Assembly: GCF_006345805.1 (NCBI RefSeq)
Contig: NC_043001.1
Coordinates: 48,174,001-48,238,000 of the forward strand
Length of the DNA: 64,000 bases
Source: Octopus sinensis
Taxonomy: Eukaryota
Direction: 5' to 3'
Below are positions 13,401-27,489 of the stretch, one piece after another. Both the position numbers and the translations under genes were made by a program. Below the pieces are notes generated by a model. That model ran no database searches. It was not told where the DNA came from and saw only the letters and a list, made by a program, of their open reading frames with translations. The number at the start of each line of letters is the position of its first letter. The stretch's first letter is position 1.

Positions 13401-16400
13401 ACTGCACATATTTTCCCAATTGCATTCTTTCCTTGTATTTTAACATTTAATTGTAAAATAAATTAATCTCTTTTAATAATATCCTGATCTTAAACTGAAA
13501 ATAAGAATGAATCTAAAATTAATTGGCGCTTTTTGACGAATTGGTGAATTTAATATTGATTGGTGCCAATTAATTTAAAATTAATCGGTACCTAAAATGT
13601 CTTCGGCCTTTTTTGCAATATAATTTAATCTAATTTTGCAACCTGGCAACACAGATGGTATAATGTTCATTTGCTACCTCGATTGAAGGTGATAAAGTGG
13701 AAGAAATACAATCCGTTAAAATGGCATAATACAAACCATTGAAAAGGAGGAATAGAAACTGCTAAAGTGGTAATATAGGATATGTGTAGAAAAGGCGAGA
13801 TACGAAAAAGATATATAGTCTGTTAAAAAGAGTACTATAATGTGTCCCAGTGTCTATATGATATGCTAAGAATGGTTATAAAATCTGTTGATTAGGTATA
13901 TGATCTGTGGAAGTTGTGGTGTATGGTCTTTCAAAGGGAAGGTGTAGTCTGTTAAAAGAAAATATGGTCTGCTAAAAACATATGTTCAGTTAAAGCAGGG
14001 GATATGCATGCTACTATGAAGACGTAACGCCAAATAATCAAGGTGTTCGGGTCATGATCATAACGTCGTGGGGTTAGATTCATGGAACCGGGCGATGTGT
14101 TGTGTACTTGAAGAAATTATTTACATTCATCTTGCCCCAGTTTACTAAGTTATAATGAGTAGCAACCGAGTACTACTGCAGCCTTCTTATCCTGGAGCTG
14201 GTATATCTAGGATGTTATACTGAATCTAATGTAAAGGAATTAAGAGGGAACTTATGGCTGATCGCGACTACGAAAATACTTAAAACAACTAACGAAAAGA
14301 TGGCACAGTATACCAATCTCACCAGTCAAGGACTCACCTTTATAGGTCATGGGCCTTGTCTTCTTTATCTTGTATAAAAAAGAAGTGCAGTGTAAAGTAG
14401 TGAATGAAATTTACTTTCGTATCTTTAAATTTTTTAACTCAACAGCTTTTGCTGTTCCTTCGGAGCTCAAAATAATGAATACCCGATTTATAATGGAGAT
14501 TTTGTGTTAACTGGCGTAATTTCTTCCTTTACGTATATTTATGTTTCGTATCTTATGTAGGAAATAGTCAGAACTGAATGCGTGCAGTAGTACCCCCGTT
14601 TTTCTTTTAAAGTTAAAAACAGCCTTTGTACCCCAACGTTACTCCACTCGGATAGGCAAAACATGTACCGGTTTAATATAAAGGAGTCGGTTTTAATTTA
14701 CATGATCATCCCCAAACCAAATAGAGTCCGTACAGTTTCCAAACTTATTAGTGATGTCAGCTGATTGATCCTTAATTCACATACTAATTTCTTCAAAAAT
14801 CAAGGAAGAACATGTTTGCTAATGAAATCTAAGATATTTGACTAGAAAGGATAGACCTGGCTGGAACTCCTCCAAACATACGTCTACTCGATCAGAGCTG
14901 TCCTGAGACTAAACAAAAGTAAATTGTTACTAGTCTTTCGTAATGTTTAGCTTTCTATTGATGTAAGAAATCAATATTTTAGTTCTCCATTGATCAATAA
15001 ATAAGGTGCAAGGAAGACTCACTGGCTGAAGCTTTACTATAATAATGATCTCAAGTATTTCCTTTGGCATAAGTAATCAGCTCGAAAGTGACGTCACACT
15101 TTATATCAGAAAACAATTAGCATCAAACCAAGATTGAAGCAATGCAATTTGAAATAAGTGAAGTACAATCAGCACAAGGAATCTGTTAAAATACTTTGCG
15201 ATATATTGATACATTTCTCAAACACTTCTGGAAACCATCAAACTCGAATGCATCCTTCATAGAGAGAAAATATGCATTTACTATACAAAAATGTTTTAAA
15301 ACAGCAAATAATCACGAAGTTTTTGCTGAGATATTGATCCAAATAAATGGAATCTCTGAAAAACAACAGCACATCGGTACCTTTGAAGCTGACATTGAAA
15401 TTAAACCACAGTGGAAAACTAGGCCTATGGATATATGTGTTCTATCTCAACGATAAACAAGCGAGAATTGAATTGATTGCAAGATCAACAAGCCTGAAGT
15501 AAATCAATTGAATAAAATACTTTCTGTTTCACAAATCTCCACTAACTATGAATATAGACGAGAGCCACCAACAGGGCCTTTGCGTTGTTCCTCATGCTGT
15601 TAGGAAAAGTAGCTAAATCTCTTTTAAATCTTACGCTACTTTCTTAAATAAAGGTCAAATTTAACAATTATAACGTGGAAAAACAATCCAAAATCACATA
15701 CGTCTTAAATTGACTTTAAATTTATATTTATTTCAAGATGTGCAAAACTTACTGCACGACTGCGATCTGGTTACTGACACTGTTCCACTACAAATTTACG
15801 GCAAATTTTTTAATTTAAAATAAATTTAAATGCTTTGTTTCACAATATTCCTTTCACAATACAGCTATTTCAGCTTCAACACACGCTTTCACATCACGTT
15901 ACTTGCTAGACAAGTACAATCCTGACATTAGATAAGGAAATCCCAGATATATAAAATAGATGGAATTGTCCTGCTTAAAATTCTAAGCGTGTTGTGCTCG
16001 GGCACAAGTGCGCTAGGGCTACATAACAAGCAAAAACACCACCGTCACTACCACCAACAGGAGCATCAGCGCCAACAGCCATAAAAAGGGACACCACTTC
16101 TAGTGAAAAGCTTTGCTCTCAAAGACGTTCACAGACTTTTACTAAAACAAATATCATTATCTACAGCTTGAATTTTGCAAAATTCTTGATATTTGTTATC
16201 TACAAGTTATTTTTCTTCTAGCTAAGAATGGTTTTGAATAATGCAAACGAAACAATTGTAAATCAGAAAGAAAGGCATGATGAAATACTGATAAAACGAA
16301 GTTCTCGCTATATTCTTCGTCGTAAATGAGAACTGTTGAATTATTTTGTTAATTGGTTCATTCTGCAGAATGAACTTATACACGATAATGGGACCTCCAG

Positions 16401-16904
16401 AGTGTTAATAAAGACGACAGCAGAAGAAAATACTTCTTGAGAAGAACTTCAATAGGATCGACATTCTGGGATAGAATGACTAGATGTATGCGCGAGTACA
16501 TGGCCTTGAAAGTATAGTAAACACAATACGATGTTCTTTTCTTTCTTTTTTAATTGGATGCAATGTAATCTTCAGGGCAAAATGTGTTTATGGCATTAAC
16601 GGGAAAGTCATCTTACAGTGAAGAACACAGGTGACTGGCTGAAGCTGAGTGTGCAAATTTTACGTACACACACACACAGACACGCCACATACACATACAC
16701 ATACATACATACATACATACATACATACATACATACTACATACATACATACATACATACCTGCATGCATACATGCATATATACACATACATATATATATA
16801 TATCAGCGTTCACATCTGCGGGAATGATTATATATTGTATGCGTTTGCATATACCTAAGTATATATAACAGCAAGCACAAACAAATATGTACATACATAT
16901 GTTA

Positions 16905-18201
16905 TCAGGTGATTAATAACGAAATGTTCGATTTTCTCGTGTACCAAATTTGACAATCGTTAACTCTAATGTTTAATCCTGACAATTCTTTGAAGAGTTA
17001 CATCATCACTTTTCGAAATGCATTTCATGGTGTCTGATTATATTGTGAGTTATGTTTTGTAAATCAATTTTTATGAACCCATGGGTAGATCAAAAATTCG
17101 TGCTGTTTATGAATATGAGTTCCGTCGTGGAACCAATGCATCCTAGACAGCTCGAGGTGTTTGGTGAAGATGTGGTGAATGAGCGCACTATACATCGATT
17201 GTTTGAGAAGTTCGGTCTGGTGACTTTAATCTTGATAAATCAGCCACGTAATAGACCTGAGACCAAATAATGATGAGTTGGAAACTGTAGTGGAAGCGGT
17301 TACATCTCCACCTACGCGCGAGTTAGCAGCAACGTTTGATGTTTCGATTCCAACTGTATTGGACCATCAGAAACAAATCAGCGAGTTAAAGAAGCTGGAT
17401 ATGTGTGTCCCTTACGAACTGAACGAGCATCAAACGACACGTCATCTTGAAATTTGCTGTCACGGCATAAAAAGCGAACTATTTTTGCATCGTATTGTTA
17501 TGTATGATGAATAATGGATTCTTTTCAACAATAGCAAGCGTTCTGCACGGTGGATGGATAGAGACGAAGTGCCAAAACACAATCCAAAAAAAAATATTCA
17601 CCAAAAATTGTAATGGTGTCTGTTTATTGGTCCAGCGCTGTTGTCATCCACTACAGCTTCATATACCTGTTGAGTCGATAACAACGGATGTATACATCAA
17701 CCAATTGGATGAAATGATGATTGATTGATTGATTGATTCCAGTTTCAGCTCATGAGCTGTGGCCATGCTGGGGCACCGGTGAACTTGCAATTAAATAACC
17801 GAGATTGGTCAATAGAGACAAGCCAATTCTCTTGCAAGACATTGCTCTACCACATGTTGCACAAATAACGCTACTTAAGTTACAGGAACTGAACTTGGAA
17901 GTACTCTGTCATCCACCATATTCGCCAGACCTTGCACCAACTGACTGTCACGTTTCCCAGGTATTAGACAACTTTTTGCAAGGAGAAAATTCAAATCTGA
18001 AGACGATGCAAAAAGAGACTTAAGTGATTTCATCACCTCTAGCACTCCAGAATTTTCCGCCACCGGTGTAAATAAACTACCGATAAAATGGCAAAATGGT
18101 GTTGATAATTTAGGTGCATATTTTGATTAACTGCTTTTTGTTGAGATAAAATAAAATAAACTTTCAGTTCAGAATCGGACATTTCATTCTTAATGACCTG
18201 A
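16905..18201 (+). mobile_element. Near full-length defective mariner (Tc1/mariner) element
   Basis: 29-bp TIRs TCAGGTGATTAATAACGAAATGTTCGATT / AATCGGACATTTCATTCTTAATGACCTGA with TA on both sides. Transposase motifs CVPYEL (WVPHEL-like), LLQDIALPH and HPPYSPDLAPTD; stops and frameshifts present. Confidence 0.95.
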
Positions 18202-19691
18202 TATATATATACCTATATACATATTTGCACACATATTACAAAAGAACATCGCAGTAGAAAGAAAGTTTGAGAAATATTTTATTAAATTAACAATTCAAAG
18301 GATGAAAGAGAAAGCTTCTCAGTGATTCGGACGTTACTCCTTTAGTAGAAAAAAGCAATGAAAAATAGCACAGAAAAAGTGAGAAAGGGAAAATAGTGAA
18401 AGACATCCAGTCATAGAAACTCTGACAAAGCAATCGTCGAATCATGTCACACCGTCCAACCCATGCCAGCATGGAAGATGGAGATCAACAAGATGATATA
18501 TAAAAGTAAGTAGAGTTAGCAGTTGGAATAACCGTCTAAGGGATAAGAATATCCGTTCTTATTACCAGTATCAATTACCTATGTTAACCCTGACCATAGG
18601 TATGCAAGCATACTATGCTCAAATACATAAAATAAAAGAATTGAAGAGGCAAGAGGAAAGAACAGGGCCTCGAGATGAAGAAAGAAGGCTCAAGGCTCAA
18701 TAAATTAGAATCAAATTTTGCTGTGTAAAGCGACGGGCAAAAGAGTAAACTAGCAAATAAACTAGAAAAATAATTGGTAGATTTATCTCTTTTTATAGGT
18801 GTACAGGGTGTATAAATGATAGTAAAATAAAACTAGTGCTTAAGTAAAACAGGAATCGCCAATAAGTCTAGAAAAAGGATACTACATGTGGTTTCGTAAA
18901 TAAAGCTAATTAATATTTATCCAAAAACATACCCGTAAAGTTTTTATAATAGTGTACTTGCTGAAATATTCTAGAGACCGACAACCTGTTGTCCGTAATG
19001 GAACTGACCAAAGTCCAGCCATCTCTACAACTGGTCAGTTATATTTCAAACCAAGGGCAAGCTAAGACCGTTACAAAAGTAGACGTAAATAAAGAAATAA
19101 ATAAACTAGTAGACAAAAGATGACGAGGTGAAGATTATGCCATAAGTGACACGAGGCCGCTTATGTCCTTCCACACCATATCAACATAAAATGTAATAAA
19201 TAATAGTAACCATACGGCAAGTAACTTACTGACAGTTAAGGGGAGACCACTGTTAGAGGAGGTGGTTGTTAGTGCATTTACCTTCGAATTATAATGCTAA
19301 GTCTAACATCTTGAATAGTCAGCATATTTTCAAGTGATAGTTATACTAGACGAACGAGTGAATGTCTACACGTTCCTGAGTACATGCTTCCTATTAGACA
19401 TACGAGAGGGCAAGAGTACGAAACCCCAAAATAGTTAAACGATTACAATTTGAATCACTTGCTACATACAATTATAGTTACAAATTCTGGGCCCAACTAC
19501 AGTTTACCAAGTCTTACTTAATGTATATTATACTTAAAATTGAATTGTTCATATTACTAAACTAGTCGTTATATTAACTATTGAGTGGGTGCAGCCATAT
19601 TGGGTCTACCACAAAATTTCACTTCCACTCATGCACAATATTTCTAAGGGTAACAATACCTCAGGGAAAGGCGTCTCTCTCTCCCTCTCCT

Positions 19692-19724
<33 letters not shown>

Positions 19725-19731
19725 ATATATA

Positions 19732-19763
<32 letters not shown>

Positions 19764-19915
19764 GCAAATGTCACTAAATGTGACTAGAGTTTTAGGAAAC
19801 ACCTACATTGTTAGATATAAGAGCTAAATCGCTCTAATGCTGTAGTTAACGCACAAGAAGGAAAATATATACATTAACAGAGACCGTAATCGTCCAAAAA
19901 GTGCCGATCGAGAAT

Positions 19916-19968
19916 TCTTAATACGGACGCGTCAGTTTCGGCAGTTTCTGTTGCCTCATCAGTTAAGA
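19916..19968 (-). ncRNA. Type I hammerhead ribozyme motif with canonical core
   Basis: Minus strand: TCTTAA-CTGATGA-GGCA(ACAGAAAC)TGCC-GAAA-CTGACGCGTCCG-TA^TTAAGA. Stem I is 6 bp and stem II 4 bp, stem III is near-palindromic, and the cleavage triplet is GUA. Confidence 0.85.
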
Positions 19969-20208
19969 CACCTCGGCTTCGGCTCTTTCCAGACTCGCTT
20001 CGCCATTAGTATTTATATTTTTGTCATCCAAACAATAAGATGATTTATCGAATTGATCATGTGTACATATAAAATTAATATAAACAGGGAATTACAAATG
20101 TCAGTAAATGTATCTAGGGTGTTAGGAAACAACTACGTTGCTAGAAATAGCAAACCGCTAAATCATCTAAATATTTGGATAACGAAAACAAATACTAATG
20201 CCGAGCTG

Positions 20209-20261
20209 TCTTAACTGATGAGGAAACGGAAATTACCGAAACTGATGTGTCAGTATTAAAA
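20209..20261 (+). ncRNA. Type I hammerhead motif, inverted partner of 19916-19968
   Basis: TCTTAA-CTGATGA-GG..CC-GAAA-CTGATGTGTCAG-TA^TTAAAA. Stem II is weakened. Confidence 0.7.
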
Positions 20262-20494
20262 ATTGGGTCGCTGGTGATAGACCTTATGTCTGGCAACAGG
20301 ACTCTGCACCATATCACACATGCAGGAGAACCTAGTCACGGCCGTCAGACAATTTCTGTAAATACATCACCCCTAACATCTGGCCACCTAACTCCCCAGA
20401 ATGCAACCCCTTTGATTATCATGTGTGGAGCACACATACATACATACATACATACATACATACATACATACATACAAACATACATACATACATA

Positions 20495-20700
20495 CTGCCC
20501 TTCTGTCCGGCCTTCGCCATGATAGATCGCTAGCCACTACACATTCTTTATTTTCTCTCCTTGTTTCTTTCTGTGTTCCTTTCTGTGGAAGAGCGTAGAC
20601 TCGAAACGTTAAAGACTTTTTCACTTCCCGAACGTTATATCTGTTTGTTGTCTACACCACCTGTCTTCATCTTTTGTTTTTATTTTTTGTGAATTCTCTC
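20495..20700 (+). mobile_element. ~200-bp non-coding element with a minimal HHR (A6U core variant) inserted in (TACA)n
   Basis: 20579-20614 reads CTTT-CTGTGGA-A-GAGCGTAGACTC-GAAACGTT^AAAG. Same family as 58890-59064. Confidence 0.65.
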
Positions 20701-20712
20701 TACATACATACA

Positions 20713-20747
<35 letters not shown>

Positions 20748-20769
20748 GTGTGTGAGAGAGAGAGAGAGA

Positions 20770-20803
<34 letters not shown>

Positions 20804-21052
20804 AAGAGAGAGTGTGTGTGAGAGAGAGAGAGAGAGTGTGTGTGTATTTATTTGTGTGTTTACGTATGCATTAGTAGCTGTGCATATCTTGAAACTTTGC
20901 AGATAGAAATCCCACGTATCATCACTCGCTTAGAATGCCCTTTATATAAAGTATTCTGCCTCAAGGTCTCTTCCAGAGAGAAACCTGGGAAAGAAAGACA
21001 CACATACATTCTGCTATAAGCATTCTTAGTTAGGGTGCTGAATTCCGACAGA

Positions 21053-21284
21053 AATTGTTCCTATTTTAATTTCAATATTTTTATATTCATATTTGAACTG
21101 AAAAAAAAAGCACAATGTTTGAAAATGCAGAACTGTGCATAAATTCAATATGATTCAAGCACTTTATATAAAATATTTCCAGTTTTCAGGCATCCGAATA
21201 TGAAGTGGGTGTTGGGGATAGTCATGACGATAATTACATGAACTATCAATAATCATTATAGTCAAAGTACATGCCTTGTCACAC
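21053..21284 (+). repeat. Donor copy of a ~230-bp local duplication (second copy at 23207-23438)
   Basis: Near-identical sequence AATTGTTCCTATTTT...TTGTCACAC at both positions. Confidence 0.95.
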
Positions 21285-22472
21285 TTTGTCTCTCTGAAAA
21301 ATGTAGATACCATTTTTACTACACGACTGAAAAATTAGCATTAACCTGTAATAATGTTTTTTAATGTAAATTTATAAAAGCCATTTATTCCCTGCTAGAG
21401 TAGAAAATACATATTAATCTCAAATGTTGTAAAAGAGAAAAAAACGTTAAGTCATGAATAAAACATAAGTGTCCTACATGTAGATTAAGTCCTAATTTTC
21501 ATATTTCTGCAGGAGATCAAAATATTTTTCTGATAAAATAACTAGTTTGCGGTGGTGGTGAGGGGGTTAATTATAATATTTTGGAAAATTTTCCTCTATG
21601 TATGTGTAAATATATTTGCAAATTAGTTCAGCTATAGTAACTGATTATCTTCCCTACATATATATTATACATTTGCCTCTCTGAGTGCGTATGTGTGTGT
21701 GTTTGTATGTCGATGTCTGTAAATATATAAGTATATATAGATATGTATTTATATCTATGCATATACGTTTTTCTTTTCTAGCTTAAGGTATACATTTCAA
21801 TGTCGATAATACTGTGATATTGTGACAAATAAAACAGCATGTTAGGCATTTGGACAGACCTAATACTATTTATTTTGGTACACATGCGTTGTAATTTCAA
21901 ATCTCATCAACATCAACTTACCTTTTTACCCTTCTGGATTCGATGAATAAATTATCAATCTAGGAGAGTGAGCTATCATTAGAGCATTAGACGATCCTTG
22001 TAGTAATTGTTCCGGCTACTTGAGGTCTGAGTTAAAATCCCACTGCGGTCTACTTAGTTATTTGAAATAATCCGTCACCCCTAGTGTTTACGTGCCTCTA
22101 CCAGACTCCATTCTGTTGCAAGTATTCTGGTTTCAGAATAACTTCGTTCCGCATTCCCTACGGTTTTGGAGTCCTTGTGGAAGAGCAATTACTTCTTGTT
22201 GATTAAGCCTTAAAAAAATGATTATTTGCTTATAGAATTAAAAGCATATTTTTATTTTTCAGTAGATGTCTTGATCTGTCCCCGGCTTTAGGACCACCAC
22301 ATGGAATTTCGTTGCTTTTAATAGAGTTCACTTTATTGCAAGCGTCTATATAATGTTTCCGTTCTGAGATAACACTTGAATAATGGATCATACCTCCCTT
22401 TCCATCACTACTCTCAAAGCCGCAACAAAAACATTCATAGTTGCATCATCCCTTTCTTCTATGACTTAGCCA

Positions 22473-22507
<35 letters not shown>

Positions 22508-22514
22508 AAAATGG

Positions 22515-23075
22515 TAAAACCTTTTGATCAACAAACAAACAAACAAATTGCACCACATCTATAGATTATTTCTTAATACAAAATATGACATAACATTTCT
22601 TACGGCCGTCTCCACTTCCTATGCCAGGCGGTGCTTACGAATGAATTTCGAAAATAATATTCGTCATCTTCATAGGACATTCGATCGCGTACCTGTAGCT
22701 TCATCAGAGTGAATACAAATGCGTAAAATAAAAAGTGTCGATAGGCAAAAGACACTTTTAGCCTATCGACTTAAAAGCTCTACGCTGGAAGATGGTATGA
22801 TTTCAATATATTGAGCCTTCTGGCTTCATCTCGAGGCCATGTTTTTCCTATTCCCTCTTCTCTTCGTATTTTATGCATTTGTATTTACTCTGATGAAGCT
22901 CAATGTACTAAAACGAATGTCCTATGAAAATGACGAATATTCTCTTCGAAATTCTTTCGTAACCACCGTCAGGCATTGGATTTGGAAACGGCCGTAAGAA
23001 ATGTTATGTCATATTTTGTATTAAAAAATAATCTATAGGTGTGGTCCAATGTTTTTGTTTGTTGATCAAATATTT
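22515..23075. repeat. Diverged inverted repeat (~215-bp arms, ~125-bp spacer) with degenerate HHR cores
   Basis: 22520-22735 is the reverse complement of 22862-23075. CTGATGAAGCT occurs at ~22890 (+) and ~22708 (-); the GAAAC half is mutated in both arms. Confidence 0.85.
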
Positions 23076-23723
23076 TCTCTTTTTTCTGATTATTTAAATT
23101 TGATTCCTGACAAACTTTTGTTTATTCTGTTGTTACCTTAGCATACGAGCATAGTGTGCCTGCATACCCGCGTCCAGAGATAGCACAGGTAACTGATACC
23201 GATAGCAATTGTTCCTATTTTAATTTCAATATTTCTATATTCATATTTGAACTGAAAAAAAAAGCACAATGTTTGAAAATGCAGAACTGTGCATAAATTC
23301 AATATGATTCAAGCACTTTATGTAAAATATTTCCAGTTTCCAGGCATCCGAATATGAAGTGGGTGTTGGGGATAGTCATGACGATAATTACATGAACTAT
23401 CAATAATCATTATAGTCAAAGTACATGTCTTGTCACACATATATATACCGATAGCAAATATTTTTATCCATTAGTCGGTTACTACAAACCGCTAACTCTG
23501 GTTACCTTATATATACATGTGTGTGTGTGTATGAATATGCCGTGTGCCTATATTAATTATTTGGATACACATTAGAGATTCGCCAAATCATCCATAGATT
23601 TCTATGGTGTAAACAAATATGCCAAAAGTAAAATTGGTCAGAGAACAACCGAGTCAGGCCGATCCCACTGAAGAGGCGACATAATGTGCCTGTGTGTGTG
23701 TGTGTGTATGTGTGTGTGTATGT

Positions 23724-23754
<31 letters not shown>

Positions 23755-24364
23755 AGTGTGTGTGTTTGTGTGTGCGTGCGTGCACGTATATATATATCAT
23801 ACTTAATGTATAAGCAGTGTTGATAGACTAGTTACTTCAATGTTTGTCCTGAGATAAAACCTCTTAATGATGTGGTGTATAAAATTACAATAAATGTCGG
23901 TGGAAGACGAGGACTTGTCCCAGCCGTAGCCAGTAAGAACGCCAGATAAATTTTGACTTTTGAGAACTTTTCACTTATGGTCCCAAAGACCCAAAATGGC
24001 CCTAAAAGGCTGAATTGCTTCTGATGTTCTTGCTGGTCACTGCTGGAATCAATTTTCGTTTCACTTCAATATTAATTGTGATTTTAATACAACAGATTCA
24101 AAACAGATGTTATCTAACGATAAAAAGAACGCTGTAACTTTTCTATCAACATTGAATAGGGTCAAATAGAAATACTTAAAGCTTAGAAACCGGGAAAGTT
24201 TCCCTGAGTGATGAGGGGACACGTTTATTTTTCATCTATCTTTCCTGTAAATCTTTGTTTAAGTTTTCTCCAATTTACATGTTGATGTACACAGCCCATT
24301 TTCCGACCACTCACAAACGCCTGAGTGCATACATCTACACCTACTTCTATCTGCCAATTCTTCC

Positions 24365-24398
<34 letters not shown>

Positions 24399-24399
24399 T

Positions 24400-24549
24400 T
24401 TTTATTCTATTTCTTTTTCTTTTCTTCCCTTTTACGATCCCTCTTGATCGAAAACCTACGCCACCCCCTTTTTTTCATCCCCCAAAAGAAAAGCTCTACC
24501 TTGTAACTTGTCCCATCTGTGTGCAGCCCTGTGTGGCCAATAAAGAAAC
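24400..24549 (+). mobile_element. Probable LINE 3' UTR fragment ending in AATAAAGAAA
   Basis: Tail TTGTCCCATCTGTGTGCAGCCCTGTGTGGCCAATAAAGAAA resembles the 3' tail of the young family-A SINEs. Confidence 0.45.
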
Positions 24550-25771
24550 TTATCTATCTGTATATATATCAATTTCTTTCTATATATATTTCAGGCATCG
24601 CTAGAAAGGCAAATATACACAAGTAGGCATAATGCGTACATTTATACAGAATACAAAATATACATCGAGGAATAAACTAAAGAAACGCAATTATGTAATA
24701 GTCATATCTTGACAACTGTTTCGAGTAACACCATGACTGATGTCGTAACAGCATTCATACACGTAATAGACAAGCAGGATTACAATCACGTTTGTATTAA
24801 CATAAGTTTCGTTGAATTTGTTAGGTCAAACCAGATGAACTTCACCATGAGAAAGATATACATACGCACACAAAAACAAACACACATACACACACAAAAT
24901 ATATACATACTAAACGCACACATATACATACAGTTAAAGATATGTTTATAATAGAAAATATATATTTATTCATACATATATCATATGCACACCCAAATAG
25001 CACACCCAAATTGTATTTCTTTCACTTCTTTCACCAGTAATTTTCCGCACAAAATACAACTTTTCTGCAGAAACTGTTTTCATTTGCATTCATTTCACTG
25101 CTATCTTTATTCACGTGAGATTTTTCACAGATTCATTTCGGTTGCTGATCGATATTGGTCGGCCTGATCTAACCTATCGATAATGGCCAGTCTGTTAACA
25201 GAGATTTATTCTTTTTATTCATTTAGTTATTTACTAGTCTATGTATGTCTTGTATTAGATATTTTTATTTCGTAAGGGGAGAAAGGTTTTTCTTTTTATT
25301 TCTATTGGACGAAATAGTTTAGACAGATGAGATCGACTGACTTTTAAATCGATATCCCATAATTTTCATGCCAAAAATTCTGTAGTTTAGACGCAATAGA
25401 TTGCTTTCTTAAAAATATATTGATGGGAAATGACTTTATGCCATCGATTATATAATCTACATCGACCCGTTTTGTATGTAAATGGACGAAGTATATGTAT
25501 ATGTATATACACATACCCACATATATGCACACATACACGTACGCATGTGCCAGACACACACATTCACACGCATACACACACACATATATTATGTCACTTT
25601 TATTCGACTTATAAATAACTCATTTCTAATAATAAAGGATATGCTTCAACTTAATGCTTAAGATAACCAACATATATAAATACAAATATATATATGAGTA
25701 TGTATGTGTATGTGTGTGCGCATGTGTATATATAGTACGCAGGCTTATGTTATATATTACATATGTATGTA

Positions 25772-25817
<46 letters not shown>

Positions 25818-26380
25818 CACGCATGAATATATATGTGTTTAAATGTGTGTGAAACAAAGAGCGAGAGTGAACGTATGTGTGCACGTGTGCATGCGTGTAT
25901 CTATAAGCGTCTCAGTGAAAAACTGAACATAAAGAATCTAGTCGGGTGACCTTAACACTCAATACCGAAACTTCTGTAGTTTTATTAATATTCATGTTCA
26001 TAGCGAGACTAAATATGTATGATTATTACATATATTGTATTAGTTTTCTGTACGCATATTTGTTCATAACGTTATATAGATAACATTGATATCAGAAGGT
26101 CGACCTTGAAACACAATGTCAATTCATGTATTTTAGTAAAATTGCTCTCACATTTTTGCACAAGGCTATAAGTTTTGCTGTGGGGTGGGGTGTTAATCGA
26201 TTACATCGAACCTAGTGCTCAACTGATACTTAATTTATTGACCACGAAATAATGAAAGGTAAGATTGAACCCGGTTGGATTTGAACTTATACTGTAAAAA
26301 GCTGGAAGAAATATTTGTCTCCTATATTTACATTAGCAATAATGCATGCGCTTTTCCTATGAAACGTTATTTTCTCTTAA

Positions 26381-26618
26381 AATTCGTAGCTGGCAGAATC
26401 GTTAGCACGCAGCTGGCAGAATCGTTAGTACGCCGGGCGAAATGCGTAGCCGTATTTCGTCTGCCGTTGCGTTCTGAGGTCAACTTTGCCTTTCATCCTT
26501 TCGGGGTCGATTAAATAAGTACCTGTTACGCACTGGGGTCGATGTAATCGACTTAATACCTATGTCTGTCCTTGTTTGTCCACTCTATGTTTAGCCCCTT
26601 GTGGGTAATAAATAAATA
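26381..26618 (+). mobile_element. SINE family A with TSD
   Basis: Duplicated head and family core. TSD GTTATTTTCTCTTAA at ~26366-26380 and ~26619-26633. Confidence 0.85.
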
Positions 26619-27489
26619 GTTATTTTCTCTTAACTTCGGACGTTGAGAGGTACGTTAAAGCAACTCTAACGATCATTGTTAAAGCGACCCTTGCTGGAGA
26701 ATCATGGGTTTCAGATGTCGAAATTCCGTTACTTATCCATAATGAAAGTAAATATATTTTCATCAAGCCTAATGTCTACGATATCCAGAAAGCGGTTTGT
26801 TAGCAGAGTAGCTAGAACGTCGGAATGATCGCTATAATACAGCAGACATCGTAGACCGTATCTCCAACAAGGATTTCAAACTGTCTGGTATCGAACTGCT
26901 GACCAAAGTATTCTAATCTCTGATCCATACATGTCCTGTCTCCACACATTTCTCTTTTCTATCACAACTACACTGTCTTCTATTATTCAAAGCTGCCTGT
27001 TCTCTTTCTCCCTCAATTCAGAATTCACGATGCACTCGTCGCTCACATTGCGACAACTAACAAATTTTCCTAATTTTTAATACTAGAGCGTTAAACTTCT
27101 GGAAATTTTTCCTTGACTATGTTGTTGCAACAGTCAACATACAGTCGCTCAAAGAAAACTATCAACAGCGTCGATCTAATAGGTGATAGTAGATGTAGGA
27201 AACTCATCGTTCCTACCTTAATATAAAAAAACATCAAACGTAGCCGATTTTGATTCTCTGTTGGTCTACGTACCCTACAAATGTACCCACTAACTTAAAC
27301 AACACCGATTTCAACGGTGTTCGAGGTTTTGAAACATCTTAGCCGTTGCCCTTACTTTTCTGCACTGTGTGTATATATGTGTGTGTGCGTCTGTGCGCGC
27401 GCGTGTGGGTGTATGATATATATATAAATATATATATGTACCTACAAATACTCGAACACACGCACACACACACACACACACATGCACAC

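Noticed and set aside
23664-23690. HHR start CTGAAGA-GGC..GCC
   Set aside because: Truncated by (TG)n before GAAA, so at most a half motif.
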